Below are positions 43,062 through 55,600 of a DNA stretch of 64,000 bases, in pieces (within the stretch, counting starts at the first letter, position 1; every line of letters starts with the position of its first letter). Origin of the DNA: Setoptus koraiensis. Its lineage: Eukaryota; Animalia; Arthropoda. The stretch lies in the NCBI GenBank assembly GCA_048013815.1, contig CM106585.1, forward strand, positions 3,286,001-3,350,000, in the 5' to 3' direction. The notes under the pieces are model-generated. The model did not search any database and was not told the DNA's origin. It saw only the letters and a program-made list of their open reading frames with translations. Position numbers and translations under genes: made by a program.

Positions 43062-45302
43062 TTAATTTTTCTGATGTGCAATGCCGTTCTTGACAGCATC
43101 GACACATCTGGCCATTGTTCTAGAGTTTCTCGATACGCAATCCGTCTGATAGTAGTCAGCCATTGATGATAGCTTGGGTTGTAAACTAAATTTCTTTTCT
43201 TGTGTCATCTTTAGTACCTCGCCTTTGCCGCTCTTTCGTAAAGGATCAAGGATAGTATTCAACTCAACATTCAAATATGAGTGACGGACCAAATGAGGCG
43301 ATATTTCTCTCATTCTTTCTCTCAACTCCAACAAAGTGTCATATGGTAGGTTTTTGTTTGTGAGCTCGGATAAGGCTCTGACTATTTTCCAATCCTCCCT
43401 TGCTAACGATGGGGGCGTGATGGCGGCAAGAGTTTGTTGCACTCTGCCCTCCATATTTACATAGGTTGCTTGCTTTTCTGTATATGCGCAACCAGGTAGA
43501 ACAACATCAGCCATTTCTGCACCAACATCACCATTGTGTCCTTGGTATATGACTAATCCATTTTTCGACAGAGGTAGCTTGTCGTCGTCAACTCCAAATA
43601 ACCATGTGATACTGGCATCTGAGTTGGGATCTCTTTCGAAGCTGGGTTTAAAACCTATGTCAAATGCAGCATTGTGTGAAGCTTGACCAGTCAGTATATT
43701 GAATTGGGCGTTGTATTTGTCCGCGATAGAACGTGTAACCTTGTAAATGTCGTTCTGGGGAACGGCTGATCCTCTGTGGCGAACTTGTTGGCCGAGAATT
43801 ATTGCAGGATTCTTAGCATTTTTCAGTTCGGTGGCCACTTTGTGGTTGCCCGATAAAATATCATTCAGATGACTCAATGAGTCACCTATATGTTCATAAT
43901 CATATAGTAAATCCATGTCTTTGGCACCAAAAACGGCGATCTTTTCTAAGGCATGATGTCTCCATGCTTTCCGAATCCTTGCGTTGAGGAGAGGGGCTTC
44001 GAAACGAGGATTCGCACCGATAATTACGAGGTAATCTATATCGTTGAATTCGAGTCCAGCGATAGTAGTGTTGAAAGTATAGTTCGTTCTAAAGTCTAGG
44101 TCTTTAAATGTTGGCAAAGCACCAGGATCTAATGATTGATCAATATGTACATATAGATTTTCACTGCCGTAACTGTTCAATAAATCCTTGATAGCTACCA
44201 TGGTTTCAGCGTCAGTCATAGGTCCGACGATTGCTTCGATAGAATTTGGATTTGTTACACTATTGAAATAATCAGCGAGTGTGATTAAAGCATCGCCCCA
44301 TGAGCTGACTTTCAGGTTGTCTTGTCGAGTTGGTCGCATCAATGGTTCGGTTAATCGTTGTGTCTTGAGACCATCTATCGGGGCATGTCTTGCCTTATCC
44401 GCAAGCCACTCCTCGTTGACATCATCGTTGGGGCGCGGTAGTATTCTAAGTAGATCATTGGCCCTCTGACAGACAGAAATATTAGATCCAACTGCATCGA
44501 AAACATCAACTGAATCGAACCTACGTAGTTCCCACGGCCTAGCAACGAAGGCATAAGGTTTTGAGGTCAGGGCTCCAACAGGACATAAGTCAACTATGTT
44601 GCCACTGAGTTCTGTTTTCAACAAAGTATCAGCTAGATAAGTACCAATTTGCATCTCATTTCCTCTACCATAGGTTCCCAGGTCATCTACTCCGGCAATT
44701 TCGTTCATAAAACGAACACACCGCGTGCAATGTATACATCTAGTCATGATAGTCTTGATCAAAGGTCCGACATTCTTATCTTCGACGGCTCTTTTAGGAT
44801 CCTTATAAATCTGTAATCGGGATCTATCAGATCCGAAAGACATCGCCTGGTCTTGAAGATCACATTCTCCACCTTGATCACAAATCGGACAATCTAGAGG
44901 GTGATTGTTTAGTAGAAACTCCATGACTCCTTCACGTGCTTTACGTGCCTTTTCTGATTGTGTATGTACTCTCATTCCATTCATGACGGGCATGGCACAA
45001 GAGGCAACTGGTTTAACACTTTTTTCCACCTCAACGAGACACATTCGACAATTGCCAGCAACTGATAATCTTTCATGATAACAAAATCTAGGTATTTCCA
45101 CACCGACTTTTGCCGCGGCTTCTAAAATTGTTGTTCCTGGTTCCACTTCCACTCTTTTGTTGTCTATCCAGAGCTCTGAATATTGCGGCTTCTGTTCCAC
45201 AACTGGCTGTTCTTTAGTAGTTGTAGACTGTAGTCTAGTCACCCCAATGCTCCTGATTTGACGCTTAAAGCAGCCCCTCACAGCTGGCTTGATTCTAATC
45301 AT
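43062..45302 (-). CDS. NDUFS1: NADH:ubiquinone oxidoreductase 75 kDa subunit, intronless, 746 aa
   Basis: Fe-S motifs RFCYHERLSVAGNCRMCLVE, NHPLDCPICDQGGECDLQDQ and RCIHCTRCVRF...DLCPVGAL; basic mitochondrial presequence. Confidence 0.98.
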   Translation of the reverse strand: MIRIKPAVRGCFKRQIRSIGVTRLQSTTTKEQPVVEQKPQYSELWIDNKRVEVEPGTTILEAAAKVGVEIPRFCYHERLSVAGNCRMCLVEVEKSVKPVASCAMPVMNGMRVHTQSEKARKAREGVMEFLLNNHPLDCPICDQGGECDLQDQAMSFGSDRSRLQIYKDPKRAVEDKNVGPLIKTIMTRCIHCTRCVRFMNEIAGVDDLGTYGRGNEMQIGTYLADTLLKTELSGNIVDLCPVGALTSKPYAFVARPWELRRFDSVDVFDAVGSNISVCQRANDLLRILPRPNDDVNEEWLADKARHAPIDGLKTQRLTEPLMRPTRQDNLKVSSWGDALITLADYFNSVTNPNSIEAIVGPMTDAETMVAIKDLLNSYGSENLYVHIDQSLDPGALPTFKDLDFRTNYTFNTTIAGLEFNDIDYLVIIGANPRFEAPLLNARIRKAWRHHALEKIAVFGAKDMDLLYDYEHIGDSLSHLNDILSGNHKVATELKNAKNPAIILGQQVRHRGSAVPQNDIYKVTRSIADKYNAQFNILTGQASHNAAFDIGFKPSFERDPNSDASITWLFGVDDDKLPLSKNGLVIYQGHNGDVGAEMADVVLPGCAYTEKQATYVNMEGRVQQTLAAITPPSLAREDWKIVRALSELTNKNLPYDTLLELRERMREISPHLVRHSYLNVELNTILDPLRKSGKGEVLKMTQEKKFSLQPKLSSMADYYQTDCVSRNSRTMARCVDAVKNGIAHQKN

Positions 45303-45673
45303 CTTTGAAAGAGCTTATTCTAACAGTTAATTTGAATCAGAGTGGGCAAATCAAATAAATATATAGACAGTTAGATGATAATAATAAACAACAACAGCAT
45401 TTGTAATCACAGGATGACACAGTGAATAATGATGAAAATGAATAAAACCCATGATCTTGTCAAGGATACAGCGAAGATCCTCGAATAACAAACAGAGAGT
45501 TCGCGCGATGTTTGAAATCCAAATTTCGCAATTGGAATTGCACGTGGATATGTTGTCCACAGCCATGCTGCCAATCATTGCACTTGTTATCAACGCCGCG
45601 TTCCAATGTTTTTTTTTTGTTGCAATTATTCCATCAATTAAATAATTATTATTATTAAAACAATTAATTTACA
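45303..45673. promoter_or_regulatory. Putative bidirectional promoter between NDUFS1 and IMP4
   Basis: Head-to-head start codons 371 bp apart. Confidence 0.6.
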
Positions 45674-46546
45674 ATGCTTCGTCAGCAACGGTTGAGGAGA
45701 GAATATCTCAATAGGAAGAACAAAGAGCAACAAAAAGATGCCAGCGTTAATGCCAAAAATTTAGTTAAGAAAGCCTTGGATGACAACACCATTCTACCTA
45801 AGGATGTGCGTGTTGGTGCGCTCAGTCTGGAGAAAACAAACGAAATTGATGTTGTAGGTGCTGATGAGCTGACCACCACCTATCAGGATGATGAATATAG
45901 ATGGGCCGGAATAGAGGATCCCAAGGTGGTTTTCACCACATCTAGAGATCCAAGTCAAAAATTGAAAATATTCGCAAAAGAAATGAAATTAATATTTCCA
46001 AACAGTCAACGTATAAATCGTGGAAATTACGATATCAAACAAATAGTTGAAGCTTGCAAATCAAATGAGATAACCGACCTGATACTACTTCATGAGACTA
46101 GGGGAGTTCCAGATGGCCTCATTGTTAGTCATTTCCCATTTGGACCCACAGCTTATTTTCAACTGGCTAATGTCGTTATGAGACACGATATTGGTGGTTT
46201 GAGTACGATGAGCGAAGCTTTCCCGCATCTTATATTCGAGAATATGAAATCTAAGCTCGGATTGCGAGTCACAAATATCTTGAAGAATTTATTTCCTGTA
46301 CCCAAACCCGACAGTCATAGAATAATGACTTTTGTTAATCAAGATGATTTTATTTCATTCAGGCATCATAATTACAAAAAGGTCGATGGCCAGATCGAAT
46401 TGGCGGAGGTTGGTCCTAGATTCGAGCTAAAACTTTACGACATAAAACTCGCGACCATTGATCATGCCGATTCTGCCAACAGCGAATGGTCATTGAGGCC
46501 GTACATGAACACAGCGAAAAAACGCAGATTTTTAAGCGATGTATGA
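45674..46546 (+). CDS. IMP4: U3 snoRNP protein IMP4 (Brix domain), intronless, 290 aa
   Basis: MLRQQRLRREYL, DDEYRWAGIEDPKV..TTSRDPS, HETRGVPDGLIVSHFPFGPTAYF, ELAEVGPRFELK, W.LRPYMNTAKKR.FL. Confidence 0.97.
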   Translation: MLRQQRLRREYLNRKNKEQQKDASVNAKNLVKKALDDNTILPKDVRVGALSLEKTNEIDVVGADELTTTYQDDEYRWAGIEDPKVVFTTSRDPSQKLKIFAKEMKLIFPNSQRINRGNYDIKQIVEACKSNEITDLILLHETRGVPDGLIVSHFPFGPTAYFQLANVVMRHDIGGLSTMSEAFPHLIFENMKSKLGLRVTNILKNLFPVPKPDSHRIMTFVNQDDFISFRHHNYKKVDGQIELAEVGPRFELKLYDIKLATIDHADSANSEWSLRPYMNTAKKRRFLSDV

Positions 46547-48326
46547 ATAAACTAAGACCTACAACTTCATCAAGACCAAACAATGGTAATCTCTACAACC
46601 CCACTAACGTACCCTTCTCCTATCGAATAGTAACAGATCTTTTGTATTGGTTTGTTTGCAATTTGACAAAGATAATTACAATATTATATGCGCAAGGTCA
46701 GGTGAAAATATTCGTTGAGTATGAATGTAATTGAGAGAGGTAACATGTACAGAGTTGATTACAATAATAGTTGAATAGTTTGGCGGTTGAATTTACAAGA
46801 GAGAGAGAGAGAGAGAGAGAGAAAGTGACAAAATTGATCAAGCAATCCGAAAAGGATCATTAACGTTATGTTAATAAGCCCGGAATCACTATAGTTGCAC
46901 TGAGATAATTGCATATAACAACAAAAAGAAAGAACCACTCTCATCTTAAAGGTGTGTCAGGTGTTGATGGCAAAACGAAATGGTGGTCGGATAATTTGTT
47001 GCATCTAATCTAAGGGACGCAACAAAGAAAAGATGAGTGTTGGTCAAGTTTTGCGTGAGGTTAACACGAAATTTATGAGTCGGATATTATGGAGATGATG
47101 ATTAAACAAGTAACAACATAACGCTCATTAGCATTGAGAGACCAACTTAAACCAATATGTCCATTCTCACCTGTTGTTGCATATTCATTATGTTATGTTG
47201 TACTCTTGTTGTTGCTCCCGTGATACTGCTGTTGTTGTTGCTTAATTTTTATCTGTTTTGTACGCTTTCATGCGATGATATATTCTGTCTGATTTATTTG
47301 TGTGTTTGTAAGACGTTATCACACATAATCTCAATTGATGATGATTCAAGTTAAGATAGAATCATCAAGATGATGAGCGTCGTTATGAGCGATCCCGGTG
47401 ACTTGTAACGACGATTCAAGTGTGAGTGTGTTTATAATTGATGATCCGTTTGAGTTTATATTATTAAAAATTATCTATCGCTTGTCATCTGATGGCTTCC
47501 GCTGGTAACCATCGCCTGTGTGTGTAACTGTGGCGAATGCAAACGACTGGCTCTTTTCTCTCATTTCCTTGGTCATTTCTTTTGGCATCTTATATTAATG
47601 ATGCAACACACTAGCTGCAGACTAGCCGTTGATACCGTTAATCAAAATGGCCGATTAATGTATGAATGTTTGTGTGTGCGTGTGGTCACTGTGTGCCAGC
47701 ACAAGGTGTCGATTAGCTTCCTCGATTATATAATATCCTGTGTGATATTGATGGAAGCGTGGGCCAAGGACCGAAGCAAATATTTCTCGTTAGATAAGGT
47801 TGCACGCATACAGTTAACCAGGTATATACATAATATAAGTACAGTATAAAGTTATTTAGCTATATACACATGTGAGTGATTGATTACAGTGCAAGTGGTC
47901 GACCATTCCGAAAGAAGCGTTCTTCGTCATGCACTTTCGCTGCCGTCGCCGACCAGTTTGCGTTGTCGTTCACCTCCCTTCCTCTTGAGCTTCTCTCAAT
48001 ATATTTTTATCATATCATTTTGCGCCAAGTTAAGAGTGGCCAGTTGAGACGATGTTGCGACCGGCTCACCAAGTAAACTCTCTTCAAACAGTTTCGTCTA
48101 TAATTAGTTTAATATCTATAGACGTTTTATTCGGGAAAGCAGCATGCAGTGAAACGATTAAGTGAATGAGGGAGGATGCTGCTTTGAGCTATCTGCTCGA
48201 CAGTGGCCCATCATCAATCAATTCGCTGGACAAAAGTCAAATAATTAAAGAGCAACGGCTAGATGGTCGGGCAACTAGAAATTCATCAGTGATAAGTGTG
48301 TGTGTGTGTGTGTGCGTTATGTTAGA

Positions 48327-51300
48327 TTAGGTTAATAACGGTCTTACAGTCGATGTTGAATGAAATTGCATAATGGCAAATATGGCAAACAATATGGTGG
48401 CCAGAAACACTATTAAAGCCAATGTAACCGTTCCTATACAAAGTTTTCTTTCGCGCTGTTTATCACGTTGCACCCAAATTATATTGTCTCTTTGAAGACG
48501 TTTCAATTGCTTTCTATTTAATTGCGACTTCACGTGCTGCTGCTGCTGATTGTGATGACTGTGATGATGATGCTCACCCATGGACAATATGTGCTGATGG
48601 TGATTATGATGATTGTACAAATAATTATGCCCATGATACGGATGCACGATTGTGGCAGGATGCTGATGATGAAACATAATATTAGGAGCCACCTTATTGA
48701 GTCTCATTGGCGTTGAAATCTTGTTAGTGGTAGTAGTAGTTTGTTTATTTGTTGCGTCAGCGCTTCTGCTGCATAGGTCTGGCTGCAACAACCGGTTGTT
48801 TTGCATACGCACAGTGAAGCCGGGCAAGGCGCCAAATAATCTGGCACCTTTAGATTTATTTGGCATTTGTTGTTTGTTGCAATTGACGACAGGTTTATTG
48901 TTGATCCTATCAACAGCTCTCACACTGTGATGCTTGTGCTGCTGAATTAAGTTATTCGGACAATAGTTTGAATGGTTGCTGTTGTTGTTGCTGTTGCCGT
49001 TATGATAATGAAGCGCCGTCCAAGGTGGCGGCAGGTATGGTGCTTGTTGCATGGTGTATATTTGATGATGATTATGATTAATTGAGCGCGGTGTGGGATA
49101 AAAATATATTGCATTATTATAATGTTCCTGGCTGTTAGATGGATCATTTCTTTGCGACTGAGGTAACGGTAGTAGGTGCGCCTGTGAGCATGGCTGCAAT
49201 TGAATTGTGTGATTTGTTGTCAATTGGTCAATAGACGACTGATGCCGTCTTGACTGTAGCTTAACTTGTGACTTTTCACCGCCATTTTGATTAGTAGTGG
49301 TTGGCGCAGTTTGTAGTTGTTGCTTGCTTGCTTCATCAGCCGCTTGTTTTGAGCTGAAATCAGGAGCAATGTTGTTCAACGATTGCCTCTGTTGGTCGTT
49401 GTCGTCGTCGTCGTCGTCGACAATATCCTCGATTACGTGATCAACTGACGCTATTACTGTTCTAGGCGGACTTAGGCGTTTTATGTTGACGGGCACGTTA
49501 TCCAGGCCAGTATTAAGTTGGTGGCCTATGTTGTTTGTTTTATCATTACTCGTTGATGGTTTCTTGAGTTTGCTGATCGGACTAGTGTTGTCGTCTAGAT
49601 AATCTAGATGATTATGACAGTGCTTAGTTGCTATTGGACTATCGTCGGCAATCGGAATCAATTTGGCAGCATCTATTCTGATGGCGTTAGACGGTGGCGG
49701 CCCGTCAAATGGCAGTGCTATTGTTGGCGCCGAAAAAGGTTCCAGCATGGAATGCAAATGTAACGGTGGCAACAGATTTGGTGCTATATTATATATGTTG
49801 TTAAAACTATTGTCCAATTGACAGATACAATTGAATTGCTGCTGCTGCTGCTCGTTGCTGGCCTGAACTGTTTGTGTCGCTGCGGCGAAAGCGTCCAAGT
49901 GCGTATATTGTTGCCGCATCGCCTGTTGTTTTTCGTTGTAGTTGGTCGTCATGTCGAAAAATTCTGAGGCTTTCGGTTCATTTGTGTGGCAACCTGAGGC
50001 ACCGTCAGTGGTGTCTAGTCTCGAATGCTTGCTCACTTTTCTAGCTGAGCTCGCTGTAGGTTTGTCTGACACACCTGTTGTCATACTGTCACTTGTGGAG
50101 TTGGTTATTTTTTCGTCCTCTATTCGATTGTTGTTGATGTATTCAGCCAGTGACTTCATTGAAAAAGTGTTCGCTTGCTGTTGGATGGTGCATTTGTTAT
50201 TATTCATATTGTTGATACTATTGTGTTTGTTGTTGTTGCTGCTGTTGCTGCTGTTGTTGTTGTGATCATCATTATTTGTTGGTGTTTTCTTGTTGCGTTG
50301 TTCTTGTCCAACTTGCTCAAGTTGCGACTTCTTAACCGCCGATTCACTTTCGATTCCGTCATTGTTTGGCTGAGATTTGTAACATCTACCTATGACAGAA
50401 TCGGCATTGTTTGCGTCATGCTCATTCAACAATGTTAACCGCTTATTGTTGACATCGTCATTGGGCAAATGAGACGACGAATATGAATAATTGATGCACT
50501 TAGACGCTTGAGCTAAATCATAGGAACCCTTTCTAACCATTAGAGATGATGTAGACGACATGAACTTGTTATTATTATTATTATTATTTGCAACAGTTGA
50601 ATTTGTCATAGTCGATGTCAGGCTGCCACAGTCTTGTTTGTCCATTGTTGTACCATTGCTGGCCTCATGCGACAGCGCCGCCAACGGTACGAGTGGCTCC
50701 CCGAGCTCGTTGTGTCTTGTCATTTGATTGTTACCATTATCGTCGTCGCCAGCAATCTGTTGATTCTGCTCTGCCGTTATTGAGCGTAGCTGTTGGTCGG
50801 TGTGTTTGTCGGTGTGTTTGTCAGCGTGTTTGTCGGTGTGTTTGTATCAATTGAATTTGAGTTGCGCGAAAGAAACAAAGTGATTGATTAATCAGTGAGT
50901 CGGACTGGTTCGCTCTCGCTAAATAGATAGGTCGTGATAATTATCGTTAAACTGTTTGTTTGTGGTCAGTGGCAGCAAACATGGATGCATTAAGAGTAAT
51001 GGCGATGCATTTATGCTAATTGAATGGGCTCCGGCAAGCGGCTCAATCGGTCGCCAATCAATGATTGGCAAGTGTGTGTGTGTGTTGTGCTCCAATTTAA
51101 TCGTAGTGCAGCGCAACGCAGCACAACGCATCGCATCGCCACTGCCGGTATTTATCGGCATCTCTCGGCAACAAAGACCGATTTTAGGTCACTCAATTGA
51201 TCCAATTATCTAGCTCATACACAACTCATTAAAACTCTCCTTTGATTTAGACAAGTTTTTCTACTTTTTTTATCTTTTCACTCTTGATACTCGTCGGCTC

Positions 51301-52397
51301 GTTTCTCCCTCATTCACAATTTGCCCTCTGGCTCGTTCATTGGCTTGTATCATTCACTGAGTGCGCTCTCTTTTCCAGACACACACACACACACTGTCTC
51401 TTTGGGCAATCCCTATATATCAACAGCTATCCGTGTAGTCATTATTTGAGAGCTGGCTACACACACACACACACACATGTACATTGAATTATTTCGAGGT
51501 GCACTCAACGGATTCAATCATAACGGAGGCCGCTCGATGGCCCTCTTAGCAGCTTCTGGCTGTCGATTGTCGGATTCTGCAACTCACCTGTTGGCATATG
51601 ACACAATTAGCGCATTCTCTGCCATTGTTGTTGGTGCCGTTTGTGTCGCCCGTTGCTCGTTGTTGCTTATCGTCTGATTTGTTGATCGTGTTGTTTTCTT
51701 CTCTTGTTTCGCCGTTGTTTTCGTTTGGCCAATCTGACGCCTGTCGATAGTTGTTTGCATGGGCATTTGCTGTTGTTGATTTGTTCACAAAATGGCTCAA
51801 TTTTGTGCCACTGGCCTGTCTGGTCTTGTCATCGCAATCTAGGCAGCTTTGCACGGGCGAGTCGGTGGCGCCAGATTCATAGGCAGACGAGTGCGAATTA
51901 CACTGTTGTTTGCTGCTGCCCGTTCGGCTGAAATACTCGGCCGACGAACGTTTCGAATCAAAACTGTATCGCCGCTCTAGCACAATTGTGGGCGCACCGT
52001 TACGCAACGACAAACGAGCCTGGCACCGGCGATCTATTTGTATGCTCTGTGGCATGTATTTGGGCGCTCTTGTTGTTGTTGTTGCTGCTTCCGGTGGTTT
52101 GTGTTGCGACATTTGTTTCGTCGATTTCAAATCGTGACTCGACGGCTTGCTCAGATGAGCGATTTGGGTTAGATCTTGCACCATTTTGTTGAGAGTGTCC
52201 AAATTGTCGCACTTGTTGCTGTTGCTGCTGCTGGCTTGCTGTTGGTCGTCGACGCTGTCGTTGTCGTTGTCGACCATTATGCGCTCTAACAGGTCGTCCA
52301 TGACTGAGGCCACTTCAAAATAATTTGCTGCTGCCGCTGACACTTGTGAGTCGGTGCTGTCGGTTAGCGCGTTCGCGCGCTGCCGCTGTGTATTCAT
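48327..52397 (-). CDS. Low-complexity protein with one C-terminal TM helix; join(48327..50789,51588..52397), about 1090 aa
   Basis: CAG|GTGAGT donor at 51587 and CAACAG|CTA acceptor at 50790 fuse the 283-aa and 798-aa ORFs in phase 0. TM LCIGTVTLALIVFLATILFAIFAIM follows basic RERK. Confidence 0.6.
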
Positions 52398-52528
52398 GAT
52401 TGTGGTTGGTTGCGTAAACTGTGAGTGTCACTTTCATTCGTAACAACTTGCTGCCGCTGATTGTGTTTTGACGTTTCGATATATTGACACACAAATATTC
52501 ACTTCAATACGTTTGCTTGATGAGTGAC

Positions 52529-52620
52529 GCGCTCGACGTTCAGCGCGCTCAACGTTTAATGCGCTCTGTTGCGATGATAGATATATTCTAATACGCTCGA
52601 CGTTTAATGCGCTCGACGTT
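52529..52620. promoter_or_regulatory. Cluster of GCGCTCRACGTT motifs upstream of the 52397 start codon
   Basis: Copies at 52529, 52545, 52594 (cgctcgacgtt) and 52609, plus a partial at 52561. Confidence 0.5.
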
Positions 52621-55600
52621 AATGCATCGCGCCCAGCGTTGGCTTAATTGGTTAATTAACGCGATTAATTAATTGGCACGTGTGATAGCTGCTAATACAT
52701 GTCACTGTGGGCACAAGCGAGACGTGTGTCGACATGCGAGTTGTGTCGTCGACTAATGGTCAGTTTGCGATATAATCCTGGTCGTTAAGCGCGGCTAACC
52801 GGCGCGCTGGCATTAGTAGTGGCGAATTAATACTGTTAATACTCCAATGTGCAAGTTGGCCGATGATGCTCGCTTAGCGCCGCTGCAATTCGCTGCCCGG
52901 CGCCATTCGAAAGTCAAACCTGTCCCTGTCTGCTAATGGATGCTCAAATTAACATGTTACTGTGTGTGTTTGCTCGGCCAGTCTTGTCGATAATGTTAGA
53001 TTGTGTAAGGCGCTCAAGTGGACTGAGGCGTTACGTAAGCGTGTGTCACAATTTCATAATTATTACTATTATTTGCGTGTGTGTGTGTGTTGCTACTAAA
53101 TGATTAAAAGTGAAGAAGATAACGCATTCAAGTTAATAAGACGACGACGACGACGACAACAACGATAAAGTGGGAGTTGGGAATGGTTCAGTTGGCCGGC
53201 TTGAACTCATGAACTCATGTATATGCAAGAGCATGCACAGCCAGCCCGACTCTGGCCGCCAGAGAGCTTATCCCGCTCGCTCGCTAAGACAACTGTTGCT
53301 GCTGGAACCCTTCCACCCCCTACCGCAAGCAAGCGAGAGTTAAATCATTGATAGTCGCACTAAATGGCGAGCGCAACAACTACACCTAAGGCCAACTTTT
53401 GACTCAACTGTGCTGTTGTTACTTTATTAAGCAACGGCAACAACATGTGATTGATTGTGAGCAACACTGACCGACCGGCAACTGGACCCAAGCGAGGGGG
53501 AAGTCAGCTTTTCACCTGTCGTAATGTTTACTGACGCTGCTGTTGCCGTTGCTAGTGCCGCTGATGTTGATGTTGCCGTTGCGTCATGTTAACTGAGTGT
53601 CTGGCTCGGCTCACTCATCAATTAAATGCGTGCTTAATTGATTGCTTAAGAGCACACCAGCCAGCACACATGATGATGCTGATCAAGTCAAACAAATAAA
53701 ACGAGAAACGCCGAGAATCGCTATTCCACCAGCGTATTACACCATGGCCCAATGCATGAGACGGGCCATCGGATGAGCCCACACCGGCCAGTGCATGAGA
53801 CGCCTCGACAGACGTCTTGATGACTTTTGATTTTGCATTCAGCTTGTCTGCTCGCTGCAACTGGCGCGTCCACTATGTCAAATTTGATTTGGCAACAGCA
53901 AACAAAAACGAACAAACGCAGGAAAGAAAGAAAGTGCATTCATAAATAGCCCCTCGCACTATAACTATCTGACAGCTTCGCAGGCTGCCCATGGAAGAAA
54001 AAATGAAGACAACAACAAAAAGTGATTATTAGATATATATAAATATATACACTCAAAAGAGAGAGAGAGTGTATATATGAAAAAATAACGAGAAAAAAAA
54101 AACAAATAGCGCCGATACTAATAATAATAGAGCCAGCATGTGAGACTCACTCTCTCCGGTATCAATCGTGCAGCGACCTAATCAACTCGCTGACGATCGT
54201 CCGGCTGAATGTATATTATGCGCTTTATATCGGTGCTATATAATGACGCCAATGAACAGATTACACACACTCACTTTGAATAGCGCAAATTAAGCGATGG
54301 CCAACTACACTCGTTAGTTGTTTATTTTTCTCTTCACCTGTAACTGTAACTTACAAACTTACTTGTCAGACTTATTTGAACTCTCAAACATTCAAATTGG
54401 AGTTTGAGCAATCTTTTGCTTCAACAACCCAGCGAAGAAGCGAGCGCATCCATTAAGCTCTGAAAATCTAGTTAATTGTTAACTAGAGTATCGTCGCAGC
54501 TTAACCCAGCCATAAATAGGCTTACACAATGCGTTTGGGCAACAATATTTATTTATTATTATTATTATTGTTTTGTATCACAGCAACCTGAGAGATGGGC
54601 AGCAATTGTTTTTCAACTCATTTGCCTTATTATTCGCATACACGCGATACGATTTATATTGATGCTGGCGCTCTTCTATTATCTACACATTCTGGCGGCA
54701 TTTTGCTGCACTGGTCGGCCGACCGAACGACCGACTTACTTGTTTTGCAAGTGTTAGATAAGATCTAATCAATTCGAAAGTTAAATGAATATTTCTTCAT
54801 TCTAAAAATTACCGTTTCTTTCAAACTCTTGCAACTAGCTCTCATTTAATGCCGCCGCTGCACATACTTAGATATCGTAAGCTTATATTCAGTATGCGTT
54901 CGCTTTTATCGATTAGAATCACTAACTAACCAAACTGAATCAAACTGTTTAATTATTCGTGTGGCCAGAGGCTGTCATTCAAGCGCCAAGCGAATATAAT
55001 GATACCGATACAGGAATAATTTTGATTTATTCACCAATTTATTCAGCAAGTGCCATTGTGCGATTGTGATTCACCGGTTGCTTTAGTTAACATGTTGCCG
55101 GTGCATTTGAATAAGACGTTGTTGTTAGCTGTACCGGTAATTGGTTGCGCTTGTCTAAGTGGATCACTTACAAATTACTGTGAACATCAAACACAGGTTG
55201 ACATCCGATGCTTGGCGCCGGCCAGTTTAGTGAAATCGATTATGTCATCACTCAAAAACGCAAAACGGTTGCAGGCAATGTCATTTAGTAGCTTGTTGTT
55301 AGTTAGTTAGTTGATTAGTGTTTGTGTGGTAATGCGTATATGTAATGTTGCAATTGCTAATTAAATGATTGAATTCATTAACGTAATAACCAAGGTTTGG
55401 ACACGGTTACCTCAAGCTACTACCACCGGCCGCAACTGTTGCTATCACTACAGTTAATTAATGTTACTCCTCGCTGATTAGATCACTCATCGTGTCCGTC
55501 AGGCTGCCGCTGTTAGTGGCGGCCAGCGGTGATTGGCTAATCAAGCTGGCACAAACACACATACATACATACATACATACATACACACAAACATAGAGCA

